Assembly: GCA_951406725.2 (NCBI GenBank)
Contig: OX597819.1
Location: forward strand, 102,920,001 to 102,984,000
DNA: 64,000 nucleotides
Source of the DNA: Octopus vulgaris
Lineage: Eukaryota
Direction of reading: 5' to 3'
In this document: positions 43,520 to 61,612 of the stretch, in pieces
Layout: the number at the start of each line of letters is the position of its first letter
Position numbering within the stretch: position 1 is the first letter of the stretch
The notes under the pieces: model-generated
Databases searched by the model: none
Told to the model about the DNA's origin: nothing
The model's input: only the letters and a program-made list of their open reading frames with translations
Made by a program: the position numbers and the translations under genes

Positions 43520-43868
43520 ATTTAGTGGACCCCAAAATGTTGAAGGGGAAAGTCGACTCCGAAATTTGAACTCAGAACGTAAGGACGGAAGAAATGCCGC
43601 AAAGCGTTTTTCCCAGTGTGCCAACGACATTAATAATAATAATAATAATAATAATCCTTTCTACTAAAGGCGCAAAGCCTGAAATTTTGAGGGCGTGGAT
43701 AAGTTTATTACATCGACAGCAGTGTTTCACTGGTACTTAATTTATCGATCTCGAAAGGGTAAATGGATACATCAATCTCGGCAGAATTTCAACTCAGAAC
43801 ATAGCACTGTGCGAATTGCCCCTAACCATTTCGTCCAGTGTGCTAACGATTCTTCCAGCACGCCGCCT

Positions 43869-43916
<48 letters not shown>

Positions 43917-44122
43917 CCTTTCTACTCTAGGTAGGCACAAAACCTGGATTTGTGGGGAGGAGAAAAATCGATCACATCGATTCCATTACCCAAGTTGTAC
44001 GTATTTCATCGACCGTGAAAGTATAAACGCAAAGCGGACATCGGTAGAATTTGAACTCAGAATGTAAGGACAGAAGAACTGCTGCTAAGCATTTTACCCG
44101 GCGTGCTAACGATTCTTCCAGT
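43520..44122 (-). mobile_element. Tandem cluster of three SINE family A copies separated by (TAA)n
   Basis: Repeated atcctttctac...gaatttgaactcagaa...gtgctaacgattc. Confidence 0.82.
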
Positions 44123-44656
44123 TTAATAACAACAACAAAAACAACAACAATAATAACAACAACAAGAATTTTCGTTAGCCACAGGGGCAAATTATATGCA
44201 TAAATGACATAAAAAAGAAATATATTTATTCATAAGAGAACCTAAATAGTATTTGCTGCAAGAAGCCTGAAGGCAATAATGGTGCGAGGGGATATCGGAT
44301 TGGGAGCAGTGTCATAATGGGACACAACAAAAGTCAAAAACATTAATAATGACTCCACCCGTGGTGGCATCAGATTATCCCTTCTGGCCACCGAGTGACG
44401 CTCACTACTTAGTTTTAGAAAAAGCTATCTTCTTCATAAATGTCAAATACACTGGTCCCACTCTTCGCCAAATATCTTCTCCTCTCTTACGCTCTTCGCC
44501 TCAAGCAAAAGTTATGCATTTGATATATTTCTTATTCGCTTTCTCCTACTCTCTCCTTCACCCAATCTCCATGTTTAGTATGTATAAAGACATATGTATT
44601 AAATTATGTTTATCCTAAATATGTATATGTGGTATGCATATTAATATATAGAATTT

Positions 44657-44708
<52 letters not shown>

Positions 44709-45153
44709 GCGTGTGAGTGTGTATGTATACATAAATACATATAAGTTATATACGAATATATATGTACACCATATGTATGTGGTTTGTTTCCTGGCGTGTT
44801 ATATGCATGCATGTATATATATATGAGATACATGTATATATATACATATATAATATGATATATATATATATATATATATGAGATATATGTATATATATAC
44901 ATATATAATATGATATATATATATAGAGAGAGATAATATATGATATATATATATATATACATATATGTATATATGCGTGTGTGCATACGTATATATATAT
45001 ATATATGCATATATATACATATACATACATTCATACTTACATTTAAACTGATAAATATATGAGATATATATATAATACATATATAATATGATATATATAT
45101 AGATATATATATATATACTTACATACATACATACATATATATATATATATATC

Positions 45154-45187
<34 letters not shown>

Positions 45188-46603
45188 ATATATATATTCA
45201 TATATACTTACATACATCTAAACCGATAAGTTAAGTATATACTTGCGGGAGTGTGCATGTATGTATTGGCATGTATTATATTTAATATATGCTAGCACCC
45301 CTGCTCTAGCCCTGATTGGGTGTTCCTGCTTTGGGACCAGCTTCGTGTCTCATGTTGTAATGGAAGGAATTTCGCCCTCTCCAAATTTAATACAGGAAGT
45401 TATATGTAGCGTTTGCGTATTGTAAGCAAAGAAGATAATATGAAGTAGATAAATCCCCAAAGAAAACATATTATAACAAGCAACATTATTAATAAATATG
45501 GCTAAATGATGATAGGTATGTATATGTATGTGTGATTGCGTGTGTGTGTGTTAGTGCGAGTATGAGTGTGTGTGAGCGTGTTTGTGAATGTGTGTGTGTG
45601 AGAGAGGGAGAAATAAAACGGAAGTAAGATGGGGCAATAACTCAAGGACGTTGGTTGCGTTTACGTGTAGAATAAACATGAATTCCGATGTATTAAATAA
45701 TATTCACGATAAATTCTAGATTTAATTTTTTTCCTGATCTTCCACAGAGGGTAGACGAATTGTTTTCCAACTTCTAGCTTCATGTGTTCTTTTCTTATCT
45801 TTTTATTTATCTATTTACTAGCAGTATCACTGGGTTTTTTTTTTCTATAAATTTTTAGTTTCACGAATTTTTCCACAAGCCCTCTTTAACCTCATGCTAT
45901 GTTTATTCTGGAAATGTATTCGTTCTTAAGATTATCCCCAGGAATTATATAGTCATTGTACATTAGTACCAAGAACGGACTGAATATATAAAACCTACGT
46001 GCTACATTAAGAGATGGAGATCAGGCAAATTAGCGGTGGATGTATGCCATGTAGTGGTGCGAATTATTGGTCCATCCTCACTGGAAGCAGAAATGATTTT
46101 TAAAATAAAATAACGGAGTTTAGTGCCTCCTCCAATTAATTATCACTACGATGGACATATAGAACATGGAAAAGGAGCTTCCTTCACTCTGGAGATCTTG
46201 AGGATAAACGATTATATAAAGCGACAAAGAACTCGAAAGTTCACTGCTGTATTGATTAATATAATATCTATAACTTAAACTACCACGTTTTGGGTTTAGA
46301 ACATACATGCATACACACATACATACGTACATACATACATCATACATACATATATACATACACACATACACACGTACATACATACATGCACGCACGCATA
46401 CATACATACAAACTGTCTACTTCTTATGCAGAGTTTGACCGCCTCTTGTCTTTACATCTTAGAACCATCATGGCATCTGATATGACTTTTTAAACCAGAC
46501 AATATTTTGAAAAGACGCCCACACATCTGATTTGGACCACTAAGAGCTGCGGATAAGTTCTGCTCTTTGTGGATCTTAAAATGTCTTTTGAGACCTCCGT
46601 TAG

Positions 46604-46752
46604 AGGAGTGTTTGTAATTGATGGTGGTGGTAAATGTGGAGTGATAAATGCCTACCGATATGTCGAGAAAGGCGATAGAAGTGTTGGAAATAGTGTAGGA
46701 GAATTCGAGGGCAGGATGGAAGGATTGAATAAAAGAAAGGAAGAAGTCTAGT

Positions 46753-46754
<2 letters not shown>
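46604..46754 (-). mobile_element. Penelope-like element RT fragment
   Basis: Minus translation QLDFFLSFIQSFHPALEFSYTISNTSIAFLDISV..TTINYK matches the PLE RT pattern FHPxLxFT..S..SxxFLDxxV..YK. Confidence 0.72.
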
Positions 46755-46814
<60 letters not shown>

Positions 46815-46905
46815 ATCCAAACAAGAAAACAAAAAACACAGCAACGCGAGGACGTGGAACAAATAAAGTATTATTGGAAGCTCAGGAAAGAAGGGAAGAA
46901 GGAGG

Positions 46906-46940
46906 GTTTAACGTTTCGAGCGGAGCTCTTCGTCGGAAAC
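46906..46940 (-). ncRNA. Minimal type I hammerhead ribozyme-like motif (core variant CCGACGA) in a probable PLE terminal repeat
   Basis: Minus strand gttt-CCGACGA-a-gagc-tcc-gctc-GAAA-cg-TT-aaac. Confidence 0.5.
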
Positions 46941-47869
46941 AAAGGAGAAGGAAAGATCCCGAGAAGGGAAGACAGAGGAAAAAAATTGCTGGCGGTGCTC
47001 ACGAGGTCACATGTTGAAAGAACGGAAGTTGAAAGGTAGACGAATCATGTTTTTTTAAAGACAGGAGAGTTTCAAAGACAGTATGTTAAGGACAAGGAAT
47101 GTGTGTGGGTGTGTGCGTGCGTGAAGGTCTGCGGGTGTGCGTGTGTGTGTATGTGTGCAATGATGACACGTGTGTGTGTGGGTGCGTGTGTGTATGTATC
47201 TATGTGCGTGTAGTTGTGTGTGCGTGTATGTGTGCGTTTGTATGTGTGTGTGTACGTATGTGTACGTGTGCGTGCGCGGGTAGGTATATATTGTGTGTTT
47301 GTATATGTGTCGGTGTGTATGTGAATTTCTGTGTGTTTGTACGTGTGTATGTGTGTGCGCGTGTATAGTATATATAAGTAAATGTGTGTGTGTGTGCCTG
47401 TGTGTGTACGTGCGTGCGAGTAAATATATGTATATATATGCGTGTGTGTACAAATGTAGAGGTTTATATGTTTATATGTGTGTATATATATGTATGCAAG
47501 CCTACGCTTTATAATTGAAAGACTGATGAAAAAAATGGTGTGGGTGTATATATATATAATTATTATATGTAGAAAAATACAAACTGGGACAAGAACGCAA
47601 AACACTTAGAAGACGATACCAAAAACACGGACGGGACTTTCGAAGCCCTCAATCTTCAGTCAAGAACCGGATCATCGTAGCAATATATTACATATAGATG
47701 AGTTTATTTTCCCTTGTTAACAATTAACACGGAAGAAATAGATAATTAGTTACAGGGTAGCAAAAAATCACACAAGTAAAAAGGTTGTAACTCCTTGTTT
47801 TTAAAGACAGAAACTTCGGGTTTACGTGGAATTTTTTGTATATGTCTTATTGACGAGTTTCATTTCTTC

Positions 47870-47957
47870 ACTTCCCTGAAGAGAAGATTACATTGTTTTA
47901 CACCATTTATTCATTTGGAATAATATTAGTGAAATCTTCGAAACATGTATCGGAAGT
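47870..47957 (+). ncRNA. Minimal type I hammerhead ribozyme motif
   Basis: acttcc-CTGAAGA-gaagatt-(43 nt)-aatcttc-GAAA-catgta-TC-ggaagt: 6 bp stem I, 7 bp stem II, palindromic ACATGT stem III region. Confidence 0.62.
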
Positions 47958-47991
47958 AAAAGTATTTGAATTATACCAGCGTTAAACTTCA

Positions 47992-48030
<39 letters not shown>

Positions 48031-48835
48031 CATTAAATGTGATGTGACTCATAACTAACCATTTCCTATAACTTTGGTTTAGGATTGCCATCTTTGATTG
48101 CGAATAAATGAATGACACTTTGAATACATGACAGCTTGAGGAAATACTTCGCAATTCAACTACAAACTCAGTATGTCTATTATACACTCATAAACATCAA
48201 CTTATGGAACATATATATATATATATATATATATAGATAGCGGATCTCCCCTAAGTTAATTGATGTAGAGAAAATTCGAAATGTATTAGTAAACATTTAG
48301 TTGAAGTAAATTATAAAAATATTAGACGTGAATATTGGACAGTGTTACATTACGTAAAATTAGTAACGATATTTCTGGATTTGGCCTCTGTTTCAAAGAT
48401 AATTTGTGCATTATGTTACTCGAACTAAATTCTCAATAGAAATTCTTCGCATATTTAGACCTGCCGACATATGTTCATATTACTTATCACCATTTTAAAT
48501 AAAGATATGCTGACATGTGGTTTAAATCTACCGTCACAACACATGAAATGTTATCTGGCGCAAATATATAATATATGCATGCATCCATCCATATATACAC
48601 TGCTCAGTGGCTAGTGTCGGGCTAACACTCATGAGGCAGTGTGTTGTGTTCTTAAGCAAGACATTTTATTTCACGCTGTCCACTTCACTCACGTTGCTCC
48701 ACTTCACTGGTGCAAAAATGTATCGGCCTTGTATGCATGGGTGATTGCTGGTTTTCCGTAAAAAAACTACCCCTATACTTGTACATCGCAGGGTGAATTT
48801 CTAAATGTAATTCCATGACCCAAGGGGCTCTCTCA

Positions 48836-48924
<89 letters not shown>

Positions 48925-49239
48925 CCCTTGGGCCATGGAATTATATCTAGAAATTCCACCTGCGAGGTACAAGTATATATATCTTATCTTCCATGTGTTA
49001 ACATGTACCTAGCTTGCAACAATGTAAACTTTCATTAAATGATGATACCCTTGGCATGACGAGTATCCTTGCGGTACACACCTCACTTGGATATTTACAA
49101 CTTCCGACGTCCGCTCGTTATGAAACATATGTAGCCCGGTTGTTATCTACACCATTCATTAACTCCTTTAATCTTATTAGTATACTCGGAAAAAATGCTC
49201 CCCTATCGTGAATATAAGAACTACATTCAGTTTATCGTA

Positions 49240-49886
49240 TTTCTACTACAGATGTGGGAAATTCTGTTTTGGGGTGTGTCTGTGGAGTTGTGAGCTAACT
49301 TTTACATTGTTTTATTGATTTTGATGAAACTTGATACGTGAGTAGAACTCATGTGTGGAAACGTCATTTCATACACGGATTGTTGAAAGATCGATAATAG
49401 GGTCCCTGGAAGGGATCCTAATATATTTCTTATATATTCATTTTAACAGCGCCGCTGAAGGTAATATTCTGGGAAAGCCCATCTCTTTTCAGAGCTATTT
49501 ACTTTGAATTGTTATTGTCTCATATCTGATTAGTCTGTTATTACGTAACATGCTTCACGATTTTAGCATACATAGCTTATTAGTATTTCCTTCGAAGTTC
49601 TACATATTAGTATTTATATAGCACTTTCCTGGGCTAATTTATTTGAATTCGTACTGTCGGGTAACTAATTACATGTTATTACATAACTGACTTCACAATT
49701 TGTGCATTCATAACTTATTGGGAATTCCTAAAAACAAGGTCCTGTGTAAAACATTTTAGTATTCTGTGTAAATGCACAAAAATCGTTTTCAGAACTACAT
49801 ACTTGGTATTATTGTTATTGGATTAGCGAAACAGTTATGAAAACGGAACCAATGCTTTCCCAGCAATTACCGGGTACGTCAGCTAG
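49240..49886 (+). mobile_element. Probable non-autonomous Helitron
   Basis: 3' imperfect hairpin cccagcaattaccggg followed by CTAG|T; internal gattttgatgaaacttg motif common in Helitron/Helentron derivatives; 5' end uncertain. Confidence 0.45.
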
Positions 49887-49936
49887 TATATATATATATA
49901 TATATATGTATGTATGAATGTATGTATGTATGTATG

Positions 49937-49970
<34 letters not shown>

Positions 49971-50304
49971 TGTATGCATGCATGCATGCATGCATGTATG
50001 TGTGTGTGTACGTATGTATGTGTGTGTACGTATGTATGTATGTGTACGTATGTACGTATATATGTACGTATGTATGTACGTATGTATGTACGTATGTACG
50101 TACGTATGTATGTACGTATGTATGTATGTACGTACGTATGTATGTATGTACGTACGTATGTATGTATGTACGTACGTACGTATGTATGTACGTACGTACG
50201 TATGTATGTATGTATGTACGTACGTATGTATGTATGTACGTATGTATGTATGTACGTATGTATGTACGTATGTATGTATGTGTGACTATATATATGTATA
50301 TATA
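49887..50304. repeat. Compound (TA)n/(TATG)n/(TACG)n microsatellite
   Basis: Direct inspection. Confidence 0.92.
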
Positions 50305-50305
50305 C

Positions 50306-50525
50306 ATGAGGTAGGGCCGAAAAGTTCCCGGTTTCGGGTAAAAGAACATACAGGACGATCAGTTAATTATGATTTTATACAACATATTATGCTCTCAGAC
50401 TCATACACTTATTACAGCAGTCCTTCAGTTTTCCTTGCCTGTGAAAAAAATAACTCGGAAGGTTTGCCTTTCAACCAGGCCTTTCGCGATACCCTTAAAG
50501 CCAGAAGCTTTTCACCAACTCCTCG
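50306..50525. mobile_element. Tc1/mariner-type MITE, second copy
   Basis: Homologous along its length to 10037-10252 (gaaaagttcc..gggtaaaagaa..cagttaatta..gtccttcagtttt..cttttca..ctcg). Confidence 0.75.
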
Positions 50526-51199
50526 TGTTAGACTTTTTCATTTTTTCCCGAGCGACATACTAATACATTTGCTTGTTATTCATAAAACTACCTTTGTCTT
50601 TTACGTTTCTATAAATGTCAACTAGGAGTGTGTGTGTGAGTGTGTGTGTGTGTACGTGCGTGATTATTTTTTGTTACGCTAAGAAGTGGGCACAGTTTAC
50701 GAGATTTTGACTCGAGCCAAATATAATACTCAACCGCAAATCCTTGTTAGAGTATCCGAATAAGAGTCGTCTAGACCGGCTACTTTGTATTGGCATGGAG
50801 TCGTATAATTGTAATAATATAATCAACACAAACAGTGAATAAATGCATTCTCTATTATTTATTATGAAAACCTGACACGTACATATTAAACGATTTCAAA
50901 ATATTGCTACTTGCCTTGATTTCCTTATTACATCTTTCGCTGTTGTAATGAACCGCTTATCGATACAGCAATTAAAATTCTTAATTTTATCTCTTTATTG
51001 TATCATTTGAGACGTTTTCTTATATATATTTACATCTGTGTGTGTGTGTGTGTGTGTGTGGCCGTGCGTGTATATAAGGTTTTTGTTCAAAAGTCTGTAT
51101 GTACGCATGTGTTTGTGGGTGTATATATATATATATATACACACATATATATATATATACACGTATGTATATATATAATTGTATATACACATATCTATC

Positions 51200-51262
<63 letters not shown>

Positions 51263-51872
51263 ACATATTTACTTCTACCTATACGTATTACATATGTATG
51301 TATGTTTCAATTTGTGCATATATTTTTTATATCTGTGTGAGTATGAATGAATATACGTATAAATATAATGAATACACTACCAATATGTTAGTATATATAC
51401 ATTCTTTTTAACAAAAGAATACGCCGTTTTTGTCACCCCGCCAGCTCATTTCTTTTTATGTTGATGAAATACTAACTAAATAAAAACATTTTTTTATCTG
51501 CACAGATAAGCTCCTACAGGGTAAAAAATCTTATGTGGAAATATAAGTTCAATATCCCTCAGGTTCTTCTATTGATCTTGCCTTCATCTTTTCAGCAATT
51601 CCTGTCCTTATCCCCTTCCACCCTCTCTTTAAGCCGCCAAGAAACTTTGGCATACTTAACTAACCTACAATTGTGAAAATACGCCAGTATGACACGCAGA
51701 TTTATGTAGATATATGTATTTACACGCATGAACACCACATTGAGCCTATTATATACTTATATATAAATCAGAAAGTTCATATTAAATTTCGCTAAAATCA
51801 TAGGAGTTGTTTTATATATATATACATATGTGTGTGTATGTGTGTCTGTGTATACATATACATATATCTATG

Positions 51873-51944
<72 letters not shown>

Positions 51945-52121
51945 TGTATATATATTTGTATGTGTATATATGTTTTATATACCTATACATATGTATATAT
52001 ATGCGTGTGTGTATTTATATATGTATATATATGTATGTATATGTGTGTATATGTATATATGTGTGTGCGCGCGAGATTGTATACATATATGTATGTGCGT
52101 TAGTGTTTATGCGTGTATGTA

Positions 52122-52623
52122 GTCTTTCACATTGTTTATTTATTTGTATTCTTTCTAGAATGAGACATCTTGTTTTGTAACTCAGAAACAAAAGCTCCAT
52201 CACATGAGTTTGGATAACGACAATAGTTGCTACATGTCGAACTGAAAATCACTTGGCATAGTTTTACTGTTCTACTTACAGACTGTGTGGGTAAAATTCC
52301 TGTTAGCCGGTCTCTTTACTTTGCTTAATAATCGTTGTTTTTCAAATTGTGGATTAGATATGTACTAACATTAATAAGTGAAGTGGATAAATCTGGATAT
52401 ATAATAAGAGTTGAGGAACTACAGCTTTCGAAGCAGTTGTACGTAAATATTCTCCTTTGTGCTAACTTTAGAAGATCTGTTCATATCTAATAGAAAAAGA
52501 ATAGAAGTACAGTATGATAGTACGTGACTCTTTATTTCCAACAATCTATGTCAAGTCTCTTACCTTCACACTTGGTAGAACTTTTGTTTGTGCATGTACT
52601 ACTAATGTTTCTTGTGATAATAT

Positions 52624-52699
<76 letters not shown>

Positions 52700-54383
52700 G
52701 TATGTATGTATGTATGTATGTATGTATGTATGTATTCCACAGAAGAGATACTATTTATATTTAGCTTAGGATAGTCATTTCTGGGTAAGTTATAGTATAT
52801 TCTCTTAGCAATATCATGTCAGATTGGGAGGTAGTACATCAATTATGACAGTTTGGGGTAGCTTCTGATTACTTGTGCCATGTCATCCGCAGAAGGGAGA
52901 CGTAAGGAACTTTTGTGGATGCATCTCAGAAGTTTAAGGGCTTCGCTGTTTCATTTTTTATGAAGTCATTTCGTAGTTATTTCATGTTCTTGGAATGAAA
53001 AAAGTAGCCACATATATGAGATGATATAGCAATTATAAGTCCAAGAGCGGCTACATTTCATGTTAATATTGTCATCCTTTTGAATTTTACAGAAAACATA
53101 AGAACTTTTCAGGCAGCATGCATAACATGCTTTGTTTTTCTTTTGTGTGTGTGGCATACAGATTATTTCTCGTTCAGATGTTTGCTGACATATGTGCACT
53201 TCTAGTTTTATATGATAGGTTATCAGAAAGTGAGTGCTTGTCTCCGCAGTATGTAGTTTTCTTCATTTTTGAGCACTTTATGTATTTATTTTTGTTGCAA
53301 TTGTTGAACAGACGCTGTTTGAGTGATACTATAAAACATTCGGAACCTGTCTGAACTGACCTTAAGTCCCTTCATTCCACTTCTGTGGAAATTTGCAGCA
53401 CATTTCGGGATGTTTCAGATTTTAAAAACGGTAGAGTGGATTCCTTTATAGAGTAATCGAGTAACCTAAATGTTGATTTCAGACCAGGCAATTCAAATGC
53501 AAATGATTGTGGTATAAAACTTTGTTGTAAGAGGACTATGCTGGTCGCTGATCGTCATATGTTTAAAAAGTCTGGGGAAATATTCATTGGTCACTCTATA
53601 ATTGTTCGCATTACTTATGCATGATTTATTTCCAACAATAATTTGGTATGTATTTATATCAATTCTTTTGTGAAACAGGGAAATAGAATGAGCCTCGAGG
53701 CTAAACTTTTGAATTGGGAAACAGTTGTTTCAATGTTTAATAGCTTGATGCGAAAATTTTTTGACCAAAATATTTCCCACTATTAGTGGAAATTTCTCTG
53801 ATTAAATTCAGCTGTTTTTCAAATATTCTTAATAATTAGAGTATTGATCATCAAACTGTCCACAAAGTTATTGAGGTTTACATTTGTACCGCTTGCTACT
53901 GCATACCCTAGGACATATGGATTGATGGATTTCCGAAAACGAATTATATTGTACTTAAAATCCAATATAAGCAAAACACACAATTAAAATGTTGAAATAA
54001 CATCAGACAAAATAGTTCTATATTCCTTTACATATATGAGAACTGCTGAATACATCTACATGAACCTTTTCATAGCAGCAACACTTTTGGCAGTTGCTTT
54101 TAACGCCTGTACTGACTTCAGTGACCGTAATTGGGGAGTGAAGTTAAGAACTTTTCTGTGTTCAACCCACACAAACGCAGTATTTCTACGATGTTTTCTT
54201 AATTCAGACAGTACAGCTTTATTCCCTTTTTCTACCTGCCTGCTCGTCGTAACTACATATACCATTAGATATGCAACGATCTTCGAGGAAATGTTTGAAA
54301 CAACTTGTGTATAATCTATTATTAAGTTAGGCTACGGTCCTACAATTTTCCAACATAACTATGCCTATACTTCACCAGCGTAG

Positions 54384-54385
<2 letters not shown>
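52122..54385 (-). mobile_element. Heavily degraded R4/Dong-type LINE, lineage 2 (RT to RLE), split by a microsatellite
   Basis: Minus translation: NKAVLSELRKHRRNTAFVWV, NFHRS, SVQTGSECFIVSL, SWTYNCYI..FQEHEITTK, YYLPI*HDIAK, KENIYVQLLRKL, QSVSRTVKLC; 3' UTR followed by TACATA. Confidence 0.72.
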
Positions 54386-54432
<47 letters not shown>

Positions 54433-54464
54433 GCACACATATATATTTATGCATACATACATGC

Positions 54465-54566
<102 letters not shown>

Positions 54567-56238
54567 GTATATATATTGTTTGTGCTTGCGAGTGTATATG
54601 CATGTGCGAGAGTATCTGTGTTTATGATGGTTTGCTCACATCATGTTATCAAGAAATATGGCAAAAGAAGAAAGGAATAAAAGATCGACAGAAAAAGTAA
54701 ATGTCCCCCCCCCCCCAAAAAAAAACCCAGTAATGCTTGCGGTTTATTCTCGTTAATTCGCTCAAGGTGATGTTCTGGGAATACAGCTGTCCAAGCACTG
54801 AAAATTCTATAGGAATATTACAACATACTTATTGTGCCGAAATTTATAACAAAATATTGTGTTGGCCCAAGGATAGCATAGAGGATGCTTTCTCAATGTG
54901 CTTATCAGTGCGATTGAACTCCGGATCTAATGATTCGAAGTGAACATCTAAACCAGTCAGCTATGCCTTATTTTATAGCACTGAACACAGGATATGCGTC
55001 AAGAGACAGAGCTATGATTAGCAATTAGTGCATTGGACTTAACATGAGAGATAATTAAGATTACATTAATTGAGGGTGGAGAGTCTCTGACTAGACGTCA
55101 GTGTTAATGTATGATAGTGAAGTATGTGAGAGGAAGAATGGAGTGTAAATAAGTGAAGGTGTGTAGATGAACACATGAGTTGAGGCGACGTAGTAGAAGT
55201 ATGAGTACAAGAAAGAAGGTGCAAGTATGAGTGTAGAAGATAGGATGAAAGCCCGAGTGAGGGAAAGAGGGTGGAAGTGTGAATAAAGAAGACTGGGTGA
55301 ATGTTTGAGTGAAGTAGACGACTTGAGAGTGTGGTAAAACAGAAGGGGTGGAAGTCTGAGAGAAGAAGAAGGGTTGAGATTCTAAGCGGATAAACTTCAA
55401 AAAAGAAACTATCAAGATGAGTGAAATGTTTAAAAAGAACAATGAAGAAAGAAAATAGTGTGAAGGATAAATAGAAAAACATAGAGATAAATAGTAAGTT
55501 CTGGGTGATCGTGAGAGAGAGGCAGAAAGAGAGAGAGAGAGAGAAAGAAAGAAAGAATGTGTGTGTGTGTATAAAATAAATAATGAGACATGTAGGATAA
55601 AGAAGGATAGAACATGTGGATACTGACAAGTACAAGGGGGAAAAAACGGTTTTGAAAGGAGGATGTGAAGCAGGAAAGATATGTAACTAAAGAGAGAGGG
55701 AGAGAGATACAAAGGGGGATGTGAAAATTGCATGAGAGGAGAATGAGAAAGGAGAAATTGAGCATTCATATGTAAGAGAGTAGTAAAATGCATGTTAGAT
55801 TGAGTGTAAGAGAAAGTGGATGAGACCAAGCAAAGAGAGAGAGAGAGAGAGGGGGGAGAAAGGGAGGCAAATACAGAAAGAGGGCTAAGAATATGATTCT
55901 ATAAAAAGATAGTTGGATTCAGTGAGAGAGAGAGAGTATAAATAAATATATATATGAGAATAGTAAAAGTGGCGAAAAAAACAAAATAGAGAGAGAAATA
56001 GTAAGATTATGAGAGAAAATGATGGAAGCTGAGAAAGATAGAAAGAGAGGGGATATTAGAGGAATACATAACCTGGAGGTCCATTCAGTCATCACGCACA
56101 AATTTACCTGCCAGTCACCATGTCAAACGACCAACTACGCCATTTTATTATTTTTACTTGTACCTTGTCTTTCTTGAAACGTTAAGCTAACTTTTCGTTT
56201 TATCTCTACATCTCAGACTCAAATAAGATAATATCTCA

Positions 56239-56278
<40 letters not shown>

Positions 56279-56289
56279 ATATATATATG

Positions 56290-56320
<31 letters not shown>

Positions 56321-56475
56321 ATGTATGTATGTATGTATGTATATGCATATGTATGTATATATGTATACACACAAATATGTGCGTGCACGTGTGTATAAGT
56401 GTATACATACATATATGTATGAATGTATATATAAGCATATTTATACCTAACTATTTATCTATCAATCCATCTTAA

Positions 56476-56556
<81 letters not shown>

Positions 56557-56752
56557 CCGTGTACGTGTGTGTGAATGTGGGTGTGTATGTATGCACTAAT
56601 TATAATGTATTATATTATTTTGTATTATAATTTTAATTATATTAAATTTAAGTAGCTAACTGTTGCAGCTACTTATTTGAGATTTCAAATATTCTGCCAA
56701 TGAAATTCTCTGAGCATTTCTGGTGTTTACCAGAGATAGTCACATGTATATG

Positions 56753-56843
<91 letters not shown>

Positions 56844-57382
56844 ATACATATACACATATATTGCAACTATATATATGTATACTTATACCTACATGCATTT
56901 ATACACTCACATACATATAAACATGCATATAGATATAGAAATATGTATATGTGTATTTGTATAGATGTATGTATTCAAAATGGCCACTTTCATATATTAT
57001 CAAATTAATGTATTCTCTTACTTTTGTCATATAGATATAACGTGCAGTAATATATATGCAATATAAGATAACGATCTTGTGTGAGAATGGAGCCATATGT
57101 AACATAATGTACACAAGTTTGCCATTTTATGGAAATTTCAGTTATAAGGCTTTACCAAATTAATTGGTTTTTCCATGTCAATATCAATAAAGTGCCAAAA
57201 TATATATATATATATACAATGAACCTTTAGTCACCTGAATATTGAAGTACATACCATCTAAGAATATTTTACCTTCGCTAGAGCAATTATCATTTCATAG
57301 TGCTGCAGTTTAATCAGCTGAAAATGAGAGTACTTTCCGAAGCTCAATCGGTTCTTTCTCTCTCTTTCTTTCTCTTCCTTTT

Positions 57383-57434
<52 letters not shown>

Positions 57435-57963
57435 CTCCTTTCCTATAGCTTTTTCACGTAATGCTCACGACTACAAAGGCATTTGAAACTATTAATGAAC
57501 GCATGGCACTTGTTACTGACCCACACTCGTTGAAGAGTAACTGCTGGCCTTTACAGTTCAATATCTTTCAGGGAATGGCCAAAGTTTAACGAGCGAGGGC
57601 TGCAACAACGAGAATAAGTCTCGTCCGTATCGTCCATCATGAAAATAGTCTCACCTCTTTCCATTGGTCGGAGAGGAAGGTTGTTTTTCTCTGTTTAGTG
57701 GCTATGGCGAAAGAGGTTGTGTGGTGGACGTGACCGAAAGGGTTGAAGACGGGTGGTTTCCTCCTCAGTCAAGGCTTTATTAACTTTATCAGGTTCCACC
57801 TGAAAAGGTAAGTGAAGCTGCAGAAAGAGGTGTAAATTTATTGAAAGGTAGGTGAATGTGGTAAGAATCACCCGTGTGAATGAGCTTTTTCTAACTGTTC
57901 GCCTGTAGGGTTACCTACCTGAGGCGCTTTTGGTGTTAGGGTTCCAAAGAGTGTGAGATTTCT

Positions 57964-61585
<3,622 letters not shown>

Positions 61586-61612
61586 TAATAATAATAATAA
61601 TAATAATAATAA

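Noticed and set aside
55066-55829. 189 aa and 241 aa minus ORFs
   Set aside because: Produced by a purine-rich strand bias (L/S/F/H-rich); no motifs
57793-57807. Candidate 15 nt plus-strand microexon (ttatcag|GTTCCACCTGAAAAG|gtaagt)
   Set aside because: Good splice motifs, but no neighbouring exons or other support; could be chance or part of a repeat
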